64,000 nt of DNA from Curvularia clavata (taxonomy: Eukaryota): positions 1,240,001 through 1,304,000 of the forward strand of contig CP089277.1 in NCBI GenBank assembly GCA_023920165.1. Direction: 5' to 3'. Position 1 is the first letter of the stretch; each line of letters starts with the position of its first letter. Positions 12,330 through 24,816 of this stretch are shown here, in pieces. The notes under the pieces are model-generated. The model had not been told where the DNA came from. It saw only the letters and a list, made by a program, of their open reading frames with translations, and did not search any database. Both the position numbers and the translations under genes were made by a program.

Positions 12330-15154
12330 ATGCCTGGAATCTTGCCTATGAAAGTCATCAAAGTCGGCTCAAGCTGCCAGAGCCGCATCGCCCAAGCCTG
12401 CGATCGTTGTCGCTCCAAGAAGATACGATGCGACGGTATCCGCCCCAGCTGCACCCAGTGCACAAATGTCGGGTTCGAGTGCAAGACGAGCGATAAGCTC
12501 AGCCGCCGCGCTTTCCCCAGAGGATACACCGAGTCGCTGGAAGAGCGTGTTCGCGCTTTAGAAGGCGAAGTCCGCGAACTTAAGGAATTACTCGACGAAA
12601 AGGACGAGAAGATCGATATGCTGTCGCGTATCCACTCGCATTCCCCAGCATCGCAGGCTTCTGCAAAACGGCCATCACCACATTCTCCTGCCTCTCCTGA
12701 GGGCCGTGACGAGTCACAAGAAAAAGACGATACGTTCAAAGTGCAACAGACGCCACATCTTCTCGACGACTCAAACCATGACTCCTATTTCGTAGGCAAC
12801 TCAGCCGGGCGAACACTTGTTGGTATGGTACTCTGCTCCCTCTTGTGGCAGTCTTTTACATCTAACGCTTCGCAGAGGCTTTTAAGCAAAAGGCACAAGA
12901 AGCAGGCAGACTCTCAACCGATGTTGACTCAGGTGTCTTCTTCGGCGCAGCTGCAAAGACAGCCCCAACACAATCTAGACGGACGGTGTTTTTCAAGGCT
13001 CCTCCTCGCCTGGTCTCGGACCAAATGATCAACATCTTCTTCCAGGAGTGGGCACCTTTGTTCCCAATCCTCCACCGCCCAACCTTCCTATCTTTATACG
13101 AGCAGTATGTTGCTAGCCCAGACACTATGACCGACAAAAAGTCGATCGCACAGCTTAACCTCGTGTTCGGAATCGCTGCACTTTCCAGTGACGTACGTAT
13201 CTCCTGTCGCATGCTCGGTCACAAGCTGACATTTCACAGCCTCGTGATGGCCAGGATGTTGATTCATTCGAAGCCCAGTGGCAGAGCGCAGTTGACAACT
13301 TCTTGATGGACAACGATGTGGCAACCCTTCAGTGTCTGGTTCTAGCTCAAATCTTCTGCCTCCTGAGAGCCGATTACTCTCGGCTGCTCAAATACAAGGG
13401 CTTGGCTGTAGGCCTTTCACAACGCCTTGGCTTACATCAGTCCCAGAAGCGCTTCGCACTCGACGCACTGACGTGTGAAACACGCAAGAAGACGTTTTGG
13501 TCGCTCTACACCGTTGACTGGTAGGTATTGTGTAACCGAGTATCCACATCATAGTGCTGATCCCCCTATAGTCTTTCCGCTGCACACATTGGTCTTCCGA
13601 CGCTGATCCGCGAGGAGGATGTGCACTGCGAGTATCCGGTCGACGCCGATGACGAATACGTCACAGAGAAGGGCTTCCTGCCGACCTTGCCCGGCGAGTA
13701 CACCAAGCTCTCCAGTGCACTAGCGCTCTTCCGCCTGTCACGCATTCTGTCCAAGGTACTTACGGATCTGTATCCGGGATCTACATCACATGACATTTCC
13801 TTCCGCACTATCGCGACGCTGGCGGATGAGCTAGAGGATTGGCAGACCAACCTTGCACCACACCTCAAGCTCACGTTTACCCAAGACAAGCCAAGTACCA
13901 ACGTTACTAGTAGTCGTTCACCTATTTTGGTAAGTACAGTTCATATGGCACTGCATGTTTAAGTACTTACATTACCAGTCTCTTGCCTACCACCACATCA
14001 GAACACTGTTGTACCGCCCAGCAGTTATTGCGAACCTTGGAGACAAGGCTTCTTCAGCTGTGGTAGCTGTTGGCGATGCCTGCAAACACATTGTGCAAAT
14101 CGTGGAGCTCCTCGACGAACGCAAACTCAGCTTCTCCCTCTGTCTCAACCGCAATGAGGTCCTTGTGCAAGCTGGCTTCGGCCTGCTCTTCCAGACGCTC
14201 AGTCTTGCGCGGGAAGGCAAGCTCATGAAGGACAGCAATCGCCTTGTTTGCTCCGTCATGGATATGCTTGAGCGCGGAAACGCTGCTGGCTACACAGAGT
14301 TTCGCCGCATAGGTTGTGGCATCGTGGCTGTACCACGCGTAGAGCAGATGCCAGCGCCATCTCTTTCGCGGCACAACTCAGATCACAACATGGGTGCACC
14401 TCTGGATGCTTTCCGTGCGACACAAAAGTCACTCAAAACACTGGCAGCACGCTTCTCCCCTGGGGCCTTGAAGGCTACTCGTGCAAACGCCCAGGAGCCA
14501 CGCCGTGCAACGCTTCCTGCCCTTACGCCCCACGTAGGTTCTCACCCCAATCACTCGTCGACAAGTTTGTCATCAATACGGTCGGAACCCCCGACCGCTC
14601 GCTCAGAGCCAACCTTGAGCCCGTTGTCCCACCGTGCATCCTTCTCGGTGCCAAACAAGCGCCGCCCAAGCCAGCCTCCCAGTCAACAGCAACAACGCAA
14701 CATTGACTACATGTCGTTTCCCATTGATCCACTGGCTAGTTATACGCTTGCAAACAACCAAGCTATCAAATCTGAAGTGTCACCATCGGACTGGGAGCGT
14801 CTTCTCTCGTCACTAGACAACGGCCAAACAAACATCTACGATACCATCTATGGTGGCCCACCTGCCGATGCTCTGCTCGACGTTACGCCCTTGTCCGCCA
14901 CTACAGAAAGTAACGCGACATGGTCGCCAAACGTCTGGAACTGGAGCAGCTATGCCTCAGAAGCCCCACCACCCCAAAGCGTCCTCAGCTTCAGCGACGA
15001 GAGCTTGACCAGCGGAGAAGAATTCAACAACCCTGCTTGCGACTACGGATCCACGCCTGGCAGCGATAGATTATACCCGGGCATTATGATCCCTGGTGAT
15101 TACGAGGATGCTGCAAATCTCATTGGGCTCGATGGCACATACTGTGGATTGTAG
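12330..15154 (+). CDS. facB: Zn2Cys6 transcription factor FacB/Acu-15 (Cat8-like acetate-utilisation regulator), multi-exon
   Basis: N-terminus [13 protein letters not shown]...[26 protein letters not shown]...[25 protein letters not shown] is characteristic of FacB; fungal TF middle region [12 protein letters not shown]. Confidence 0.88.
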
Positions 15155-17414
15155 GTGGGAGGGTTCTGACGATGCTATGACACGATAACGAGTACATATG
15201 GGCGATTTGTTTGGTGCATGTGGTCTAAATGTCCATGATCACCTGCTGGATTGGACTTTTTGTTTGATTCGATTGATCTTCTTTTCCAATTGTTCGAGAT
15301 ACCATGCTCTGTGCAAGAGCAAAAAACGCGAGTGGGGGATGAAGTTTCAGGTGTTGTTCTCATTTCACTCGACAGAATGTATGGATCGATCGCCATTTAG
15401 CAAAGTACACGTATATTCTCGTAATTACGCAAGGACAATTTGGCGTAGGATTTATATATATTTCGGGTTGACTATGTACCTAGCTTGTGTTTTGGGATAT
15501 ATAGTTATTTAATCTAGTTGGTCTTGCCTATGGATCTGTAGCGTTCAACAAGGCAGAATACACTGTGCCACTTATCTATATCGATTATCTGTGTAACCTA
15601 AGTTTCATATTAACACGTCCCTCATAAACTCGCTCGAGATAGAAGAGCACTCTCTACAAACAGCCTAAATTGCACCAGACACACTGAACCCGACCAACGT
15701 CCAAGCCCAGGCATACCAAGCCATCGTACCCTTGTTACTTCTCGCGCGGCGACTTCACATACAGACACACACACACATCCATCCATACACCTAAGAATGC
15801 ACCGCTTCAGACACACAGACACACATACATACACAGATTGAACAATCTCCCCTTGCACTCATCCCTTTGCCCATACCCATCCGCACACCCTCGGTAATCT
15901 TCGCTACCCTTCCTTCCCTTGCTCCCTTCCTCTCCTCGGACAAAAGGAAAAAAAAAGAGTCAGCCTCATTTATACATCCCTTGTTCAGCCACAGCCACAT
16001 CCCACGCTGACATACCCATGTACACTAGAGTCATGTGGCGTAGAGCGCGTGCATAAGTGTATGTATGTAGGGACAAAATAAGTATGCAGGTGGGAGTGGA
16101 TGGGGAATAGGTAGAGTAATGTATGGCTGTTATATGTATCTGAGTGGAGGTGAGGAAAGTGGGATGTGTTGGTACTTTAACGTGGCATGGTCGCTGATTG
16201 GATATCCGACTCGCCTGACTAGTTGGACAGAGATGGATGGTGCAAGGTGTTGGAGAAAGGAATGGATGGGCAAGGGGGTGTGTGTGTGAAATGGATACGG
16301 AAGGGGAGCCGGGTTGGTGTGCGAATGAATAAGGAAAAGAGTCACGGGTGTGGTGGCCAGCCTCGTTCCATGTCTCGCACGTGAGGTGGGGTAGAAGATC
16401 GAAAGAAGAAATATGCGGGGTAAAGTTTGGGGGCGGGCTGCATTCGCCTGTCCTAGTAGGGGTCAGAGATCAGAGAGATCTTGTAACACGTTCCTTTTTC
16501 TTGCTTCGTTTTGGCTTATAATCGTACGATTCTAGAAGGGGTTATTTTTTTCGCTTGCTTTTGTTTTTGTTTATTCTCCTTCCTTTCTGCCTTCTACGGC
16601 GCGCAAAAAAGTAAAGAAGAAACGGCTGTGCAGGCATGTATACTCCTTCAGTGCGCGCACGCGGCGCCATTTACTTTATTGATTGCGCAAACTTTGGATG
16701 ATCAGGCTTTTTTCACAACATGGATTCACTTTTTCCGCCGTTTCTTATTTCGCTACGCAAGGTCAGGGATAGAGGGAATGATTGCCGAAGGTGCGCATCA
16801 CAGATCGAAGAGCGAGCAATAATTCTGGCACACATTCACGATGCACAAGTGTGGTGATCGCTAGCAAGAGTGGAGACGGAGTGTTTCCAGCGTCATGCAA
16901 TCGCGATGCTGTAAGGATAATGTGCGCTTTGGAGAATCCTGTATTGGAGACTGCCCAGGTAGGCATTTTCCCCCGTCCTATGATATAATCGCAAGCGCTC
17001 CTTTTCCTACACTTCGCGGATCCGCACGTCGATTACTTTGTTTGGGAGGCAAAATGCGTCAGTCATGGTAGTTTGCACGAGTCGAACGAGGCTAGAGACG
17101 CTGAAATGCGGGGCGACCAAGTAAGATCATGCGATTGTCATTGCAAGCGCATCAGCTAGTGACTAGATGCCAGCCCGTATCGAAGCGATACCGAGGATGC
17201 GGCGGCACCTGAAATGCCCTGCAGCATCGGGAGGTTTGGAGGCGGTATTGACGATGCTTGTCTCCAGGAAAAGACAAACATGACGCAATGTTTATAGAGC
17301 GAGATTACAGTTCCGACATCTGGTTTACCCAGTTTAAGATTGTTTGACCCTGGCAGCCCCAGCCAAATCGATGCTGGTCCCCCGCATTCACACAAATATC
17401 CATGTATAGTGTCC

Positions 17415-18509
17415 CTAGCGCAAGAACTCAGCATTCAGGTAGTCGACAAAGACTTCTTTTATCCTTGCTTTGGAGAAGCTGTGTTGTCGGTTCAGGGTGA
17501 TGAATTGGCGTCGTATGCGCTGGAGCTGTGGGAGCGTCATTGGTGTCGCGGGCAGCTCAATTGGCTTCTCGACATCGGGTACAACTACCTCACCACCTCC
17601 TTCGCCCGGGTGATCTTTCTGGTAAACCATTATCTGCGCGAGGATGTCTGACGTTGTTTTGTCAAGCTCGTAGAGGTAGTTTTGCTCGGTCGCTGGTTTC
17701 TGTTGCATGTTAGATCAAGGCGACGAGGGTGAGGTTCGGATTATATACCAGCACTGTGGCCATGTTGGGCCTGACTGTCTTCATCTTGCCGTCGCTGCCA
17801 ACTATGGCCTCCCATATTTGTTCGCACGGGGGTGTCTCGTCTTCCTCGACCACAATGAACAGTGGGCTGTCCCAGCGCGTCATGCCATTGGGCTCTTCGT
17901 ATCGGAAGATCAAGTTCTCAAAAACATCCTCCTCATACCCTCCGTCAACTTCGTGGTCCGCCAAGAGTTTCTTGTTGTTCTCGCGACATCGGTCGGGCGG
18001 TGTGCCTACGTGCAGCTGGAGGACAGTGAGCAAGGGACGTGTGGGTGCGGTCGCGAGATACTGACAACGCAGCTAGGGGTTTGCAGGGCCTTGGCCTCAC
18101 AATATAATTGGTAGCGGAAGCCCTTGATGTAGTTGAGGCCGTCAGCGATAACGATATCGTCGCGGGACAAGAGCCTCTTGACGGCAGAATATTCTTCCGC
18201 GCGCGCATCTTTTTCGGCTTTGGCCGTGCGGTAGACGGAGCGCGGCACTCCGAGCGTCTGATCGTTGACCAGATGGACCTTCAAGCGAGCGGTGCGGGCA
18301 TCGGGGGCCGAGTTGGCAATGCGGGCCTCGAAGAATTGCTGGAGCTGCTTTGCTCTGGTTGTCTTGCCCGCGGAAGGGAAGCCTCTGGGGGGGTTAGTGG
18401 GGGCGTCATCTGGAGGGGTGTTGGTGGAGGGTGGAACCTGAAATTAGGACGAGCTGCAGGCGTCAGTATTAGCGAGTCTGGGGAAGGTTGGACGAGGACT
18501 GACGGGCAT
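17415..18509 (-). CDS. KTI12: Elongator-associated P-loop protein Kti12 (multi-exon)
   Basis: MPLVLISGFPSAGKT P-loop, IADGLNYIKGFRYQLYCEAK, RYEEPNGMTRWDSPLF, LQRIRRQFI. Confidence 0.93.
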
Positions 18510-19073
18510 GGTGGGCGCAGGGCGAGGGGAATTCCTGGCTAGAGGGAATGCCTAGGAGGACTGGCGCCTTTTGGCCATGGCTGTTGGCCAGCATCGGCAG
18601 ATGTCGAGCACCAGAGTGACGAAATTCACAGGCCAGGCTAGTCTGCTCGTTAGTCGCCCGCCAGCCTGCGAGCCGCGGTCCAAGCGGTCCCGTCAGCCAT
18701 GCCCTATCTTTCTTGCACGCCCTCTGCTAGCCTTTCTTTTCCTCGCTGCTCTGCTGCTTTTTCCTCGCCTGCTCCCGGCCCTCGTCCTTGTGCAACTAAC
18801 GCGCCGGCCAGACAAGCACGCACCGTCATTTGGTCCTTCTTCCGTCGTGTGCAAAGATCGCCGGTACAGGGTAATATCCAAGGGTCCCCGTATCCTACCA
18901 CGGCTCCACTACTATTTACTTTATCCCTCCCGCTCGCCTCGGCCGCCGTTGCAACCCATCCACCGCTCTCTTCTACCTTGCTCTGTCCTGCCATACATTG
19001 CTGTGCCCTTCTCACCTCTCTTCTGCTCTTCACACTGCTTCAGCCGCCAGCAGACGTATCCAATATCACAATC

Positions 19074-19475
19074 ATGTCCAACTACTCGCAACAGACGTAC
19101 GGGGCTCCCGCTCGACCAGCATTCTCTCCCCTCCAGTCCTCCAGTACGGCGTCCCAGAACTATGACAGCACTGCCAACTCCACCATTGCCTCGCGATCGT
19201 CGACAGCCTCTGCGCCGCCCGTCTCCCCGTCCACCAGCCCCCAGAACCAGGCCTACTTTGGCTCCCTGAACCAACAGTCGCACCAGCAGCAACCTCAGCA
19301 ACGACTGCAGGCCCAGAGACACCCCAGTTTCGAGTATCAGCCCAACCGAGCAGGAGCAGGCCAGACTGCAGCTGAGACTACAAACTACCTCAACCAAGCC
19401 GCACTTCTTGCCGAGGCGGCAAAACGGGCCCAGATGGCTTGTGTTATGCGAGATCTTGATGGCATGGAATTATGA
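19074..19475 (+). CDS. Small Ser/Gln-rich protein (133 aa) ending in LAEAAKRAQMACVMRDL
   Basis: ATG in good context (ATCATG); the C-terminal motif resembles a motif I recall from small Pezizomycotina proteins. Confidence 0.7.
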   Translation: MSNYSQQTYGAPARPAFSPLQSSSTASQNYDSTANSTIASRSSTASAPPVSPSTSPQNQAYFGSLNQQSHQQQPQQRLQAQRHPSFEYQPNRAGAGQTAAETTNYLNQAALLAEAAKRAQMACVMRDLDGMEL

Positions 19476-20121
19476 AGAGAAAGAGAACGGCTCGTGAAAT
19501 TACCCTTCACAGCAAGCGATACTTTGTTCTTGTCAAGTTGGTGCTGTCTTTCTCTCCCGAGCAGCATCTGCCGGTAAAAGTCGGCCGTTGACCGTTACTT
19601 CACTTGCAACCCAAACGGAGTGGGTCTCGGACAACAAAGTCTTCAGATCTCACGAGGACATCACCCCACCATCTTCGCCGGAACATTCTTACATTGATTG
19701 TCGTTTATCTGGTTCTTTTTTTTTTCTTTCGTCTTGAATTTCCATTGGTCAAGTCTTTTGAGCTATATCGCACCGTCAGTTAATTTCATGGCGAGCTCCT
19801 TCGTTCGCTTCGATCTGTACATATTACTCCACTTGTCGGTCCGACTATTCATTTCACCTTCCTCATTTCCTTACCACGTTTCACAGCTTGGAGTTTACAC
19901 GGCATGGCGAATACATACAACCGAACATGTTCCTTTTCACATGGCGGCAAGGCTAGATTAGACTGTGCGGGGAACGACCCAATAAGGAGACAACGATTTA
20001 TTTTAGTATGCAAGAGGGTTGGGATATAGATCAATGGAGAGCTTGTTCCGTGATTATATGCATCACTACTTCCTTGCTCTGTCACGAGCCGAGCTTTCGC
20101 ACAACTGAACCCACCCTACTG

Positions 20122-20220
20122 TCAAATGTAGCGGTCGTTGTCACAGTTATTCACTGTTTGCTGTGTTTCTGGTACCTATAAATCTACTTTTCAAAACAGC
20201 AGTAGGTGTTGCAGTAATGT
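20122..20220. repeat. 68-bp-period minisatellite copy (about 1.4 units)
   Basis: GTAGCGGTCGTTGTCACAGTTA at 20128, degenerate copy at 20196; similar to 43262-43430. Confidence 0.65.
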
Positions 20221-20750
20221 GTTGGTGGCTTGTCCTTGTAGTTTTGATTGTCTGGTTTTACCAGCTGTCCGAGAGCCGAGGCTCATTATACATTGATGAG
20301 ATATGTGACGTCAAGATCAGATTTACCCGCATGCGAGTACATAGATGCTTGTCCCTATCCCTTGAAGATGAAGCAAGCCCAGACATGCGCAACATAGCGG
20401 TATGCAGTAGAGACTAGGGGGGTCCCGGGAGAAGCGCGATAGGAAACTTTTATCGCGATACAGGGTCTGTTCTCGCCTGCATATCAGGCCACTCCACTAC
20501 CTTGGCCGGGTTAACTTGGAGAAGACTAGGCAAAAGAATGAATTGGAATTCCATGAGTGGAGACAGGTAAGAAGCTTCAGTACGCTGGGCATACCAAGTG
20601 GAGACGTTTTCCTAGGCTGGCATAAGGCGCTGGTGGGTTACTCAAAGTGTGGGACCACATGATCACGTGTCGACCCGTCTGCCGATCTTCGCGCTCCATC
20701 ATCCACCATCTGCGACCAAACCCTCACACATACACTGGCGCCTAGCCACG

Positions 20751-21170
20751 ATGCCGTCGTCCGACTATGCCACAGCCGCAGGCGGAGCTCTCAAGCTCAA
20801 GGGTGCCGGAATTGATAAGAAAAAGAAGAAAAAGAAGGCCAAACCTACGACCGACTCCGCACAAACCGCCAATGAAGCTTCGACAGACGTCGTGAAACGA
20901 TCTGGAACCGACGATGATGCGCTTAAATCAGCCTCGCATACACCCGCTCGATCACTATCACCCGAGACGGCGGAGCGTTCGATAAGAGAAGGCGGTGGTC
21001 GACAAAAGACGGAGGCTGAGAGACGACACGATGAAATGAGACGGAAGAGGCTGGAAGAGAAGATGAGGAAGGAAGGTGTCAAGACACACAAAGAGAAGGT
21101 CGAGGAGTTGAACAAGTATCTCAGTGGATTGAGCGAGCATCACGACATGCCTAAGATTGGACCTGGCTAA
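20751..21170 (+). CDS. FAM32A/DUF1754-like small nuclear protein
   Basis: GGALKLKG-poly K, KTEAERR, KTHKEKVEELNKYLSGLSEHHDMPKIGPG. Confidence 0.9.
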   Translation: MPSSDYATAAGGALKLKGAGIDKKKKKKKAKPTTDSAQTANEASTDVVKRSGTDDDALKSASHTPARSLSPETAERSIREGGGRQKTEAERRHDEMRRKRLEEKMRKEGVKTHKEKVEELNKYLSGLSEHHDMPKIGPG

Positions 21171-23069
21171 TGCGCGATTAATCTCGGGCATTTGCAGGAG
21201 CATGCCGTTCAACGGTACGTGGTGCTGTAGCAGGAAACATAGCCGCCAACAAAGGATGGTTCACACAGTCATGGAGATATGAGCGTGTTTAGGAAACATG
21301 AGCATGCAAGGGATTCGTGGGGAAAAGAAGAAGCGCAAGAGGGACAGGCGCCGCGCTTTTGAATCCCTAGGCTACCACCAACCCGGTCAACTGAGGATCG
21401 CCATGCAGGATAGTGCGCGGGTAACAGAAATGTCATGTATGTTACACACCTCGATGAAGCTCCAACCCAAATGACCGGATCACGTTTCTTCTCCTGTAAG
21501 GTGCATTTCGGTTCCCGGCAAAACAGACGCTTTGCTAGCGACTGGGCCTGACAAGTGAACCAAAAGATGGTGACAGACCGGCGTAATATCGAGCACGCAA
21601 TAGGGAGTAACCAACGCCAAATACGAGCACCCTTGCAGATGGACCTCACACACAGCGGCTATGCTTCTCTTTAGGAACACTCCGTTCATTGTTCGACGAT
21701 ACCTTAATCTGCTATTGGATGGGCACGAGCGTTCGTGCCACTAGATGTAGGGTGAGCTTACCATACATGGACATTTTGCCACCGGTAACGTATGGGGGCG
21801 GCGTTGCAGCGTTATCAGAGTTGGTGATAGGGTAGCACGCTTAGGTAAATGCATAACGGCGGACTCTACAATACATAGCATTAGCGACGCACTGTCATGC
21901 TGCGATGCGATGCGATGCGAGGCTTTACACCTAACCTCAGCTTGACAGAGACTTTCTGCAGACCTTCCAGACCCTGAGACACTTTGGATTCAAGCTCCCA
22001 TGCAGAGAGTTTGGGGCTGGTTCTAACCACTAGCCTTATCAGAGTCGTGGTCCGCGCGCAATCTAGAATTGGACTCGCGGACACGGCGAGATGCCCGGGA
22101 CATTTACCATTTCTGATTATTCTAGAAAGGCTCTAAAGCGGAGGGGCTGCCGACGCAGTCAGCTCTCGGAAGCCCGCGATAGTGGCTTGCATTATGATGG
22201 GTTGGGGGTTCCTTTTCACCTGCCGAGAACGCTTAGCGCTTGCGCCAGCTGCTTGCTCCGGCGCCAATGAGGCTTGTCTTAATGCCAAGTTTCACACTCC
22301 ATAAGCTCATCGGCCTTACAGTCTGGACAGTTCTGCCGAGTGCGACTGTACGCTGGTCCGGCACCCACCTGCCACTCGAGAGCGTTTCAGCAACAAAGTC
22401 AGTTACGAACCCATGCCGTAAAGAACTGTCCACAGCGGCGACGATAAAAACGTCAGAATGCACCACTCCCGCAGTCACTGTAGACCTAAATAAACTCCAT
22501 AGCCGGCACCATCTACGTGGGACAGACGGAGCTTCATGCCCAGAGTACATCACGCGGTGCAATCTTACCCCCGCCACCCTGGTCTGGTTCTTATCAAGCC
22601 CCGGGCCAATTCCATCCACATGGTCGCTGCAAGGCGTATCGTCTAGGTCACACCTTGCTCGTTGCCATCGCGCGATTAGCTGGAAGAGACACCCCCATTC
22701 ACTCGAGGAGCGGGCTGTGCCGCGGCTACGCGCATATTTTGTGCAATCCAGAAGGTGCTACTGCGGTCTAGTCTGTGTTCTGCTGCTGTATGCCCTTGTT
22801 GGTATCGTTGCATGGGTTATCAGTTGGGGGACGAGGTACGGCCGTTCAAGGCCGATTAATATAAAGCTTAACTTGGTGCTTCTGTCCTCCCTGTTGCTGA
22901 AACTATCCAGTTTGGTTCTTCTTGCTCCCTTCCCCCTCTTTTGTGCCACTCTTGGATCTTATCCTTGACCGGCACACATTGAGTCTTGTACCCTTTTTAG
23001 CGGGCCTTGTTTACGTCTGAAGGCTTGCGCACACCTATCCTCAGTACCGGCTACCAACAAGCGACCATC

Positions 23070-24816
23070 ATGTCGGTCACTGACAACGAGAAGCAGCACT
23101 ATGCTGTTGGTGGTGAATCTCCCGTCGACCATGGCGTAGGATACGTCGGTGAGCGCAAGGACAACGCGCTCGCCGAGGCTGCTGGTCTGTACGGATCAGC
23201 CCAGCGAGCAGAGGAGTTGGGATACGTCCAGCGTGGCCTCAAGTCCCGTCACATCCAATTCATCGCTTTGGGCGGTACCATTGGTACTGGTCTCTTCCTC
23301 GGTATCGGCGGCGCGTTCGCTCGTGCTGGCCCAGTCTCTGTCCTCATCGGTTACACTGTCACAGGTCTTGTTGTGTTTGGTATGATGCAGTGTCTCGGCG
23401 AGATGGCTACATGGCTTCCTCTTCCCGGTGCAATTCCTCAGTATGCTGCTCGCTATGCGGATCCTGCTCTTGGTTTTGCCGTCGGTTGGAACAACTGGTA
23501 CAACAGTGCCATCACCCTTTGTGCCGAAATCTCTGCCGCAGCCCTGCTCATCAACTTCTGGGACCAAGAGGAAAAGTAAGTGTGATACAACGTCACAGAC
23601 GCTAAACATATGCTGACACCTTTTTTCTAGATACAGTCCAGCTATATGGATCACCATCATCATCGTCATTATCATCGCGTTAAACATCTTTGCCGTGTCG
23701 ATTTATGGAGAAGCTGAATTCATCTTTGCGTCGATCAAGATCATCACCATATTAGGACTTCTCCTTGCTGGCTTGGTCATCATGCTTGGCGGTGGTCCTG
23801 ACCATGACCGAAGAGGCTTTAGGTATTGGAAGGAAGGCGCCATGAAGGAGTACGTTGGTAAAGGTGACACTGGACGCTTTACTGGTCTCTGGTCTACCCT
23901 CGTCAACGCAGCCTTTTCTTACGGTGGTGTGGAGATGGTCGCGGTCGCTGCCGGTGAGGCTGCCGATCCCCGCAGGAACATTCCCAAGGCCGTTCGTCGT
24001 GTCTTCTGGCGTATCCTGTTCTTCTACGTCCTGGGATCTTTCATCATTGGAACTACCATCAGCTCAAACGACCCCCAGCTCACTGATGAGAACGCCAAGG
24101 GTGCTCAGTCTTCGCCATGGGTCATTGCCATGAAGAACGCCGGTATCCCTGTTCTGCCTCACATTGTCAACGCTGTCATCCTGACTTCTGCGACCTCGTC
24201 CGGTAACGCCTTCTTGTACACTGGCTCTCGCTACCTCTTCAGTATTGCGCAGAACAAGCAAGCCCCCCAGTTCCTTCTCAAGTGCAACAAGAGCGGTGTT
24301 CCTGTCTACTGCGTCGCGATTACGGCCTCTATCTCTTTGCTCACATACATGAGCGTCAGCGCCGGTGCCAACAAGGTCTTTACCTGGTTCCAGAACCTGA
24401 CTACCATCGCATCGCTCTTCACATGGTGCTCCATCTGCTACACCTACACGCGTTTCCACAAGGCCTGCATCGCTCAGAATGTCGACCGCAACTCCATGAT
24501 TTTCAAGAGCAAGTGGCAACCGTACCTCGCCTGGATTGCCTTTACCTACTTCGCGCTCATCATCGTCTTCAACGGCTTCAAGGTCTTTACCACCACTCCG
24601 TGGGGACCTGACCAGCTCAGCGATTTCTTCACCGCCTACGTCGGTATTCTGATCTTCGGTCTCCTCTTCGCATTCTGGAAGATCTTTAAGCGTAGCAAGA
24701 TGGTTAAGCCAGAGGAGGCCGACATCTGGAGTGGAAAGGCAGCGCTGGATGCGGAAGTGTGGCCCGAGCAGGTCCCGCGTAATGCTCTTGAGAGGTTCTG
24801 GTATTGGCTTTGTTAA
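23070..24816 (+). CDS. Amino-acid permease (APC/YAT family; proline or dicarboxylic-amino-acid permease-like); intron near 23576-23630
   Basis: RGLKSRHIQFIALGGTIGTGLF, YGEAEF, AFSYGGVE, PRRNIPKA; multiple hydrophobic segments. Confidence 0.93.

Noticed and set aside
21722..21744. GGCACGA-GCGT-TCGTGCC hairpin followed by CTAG (Helitron-like end)
   Set aside because: Single 7-bp stem, wrong spacing to CTAG and no second copy; can arise by chance
21899..21920. (TGCGA)n microsatellite
   Set aside because: Ordinary short simple repeat
22240..22968. 242-aa ORF upstream of the permease
   Set aside because: No recognisable domain or coding-like composition; lies in the permease promoter
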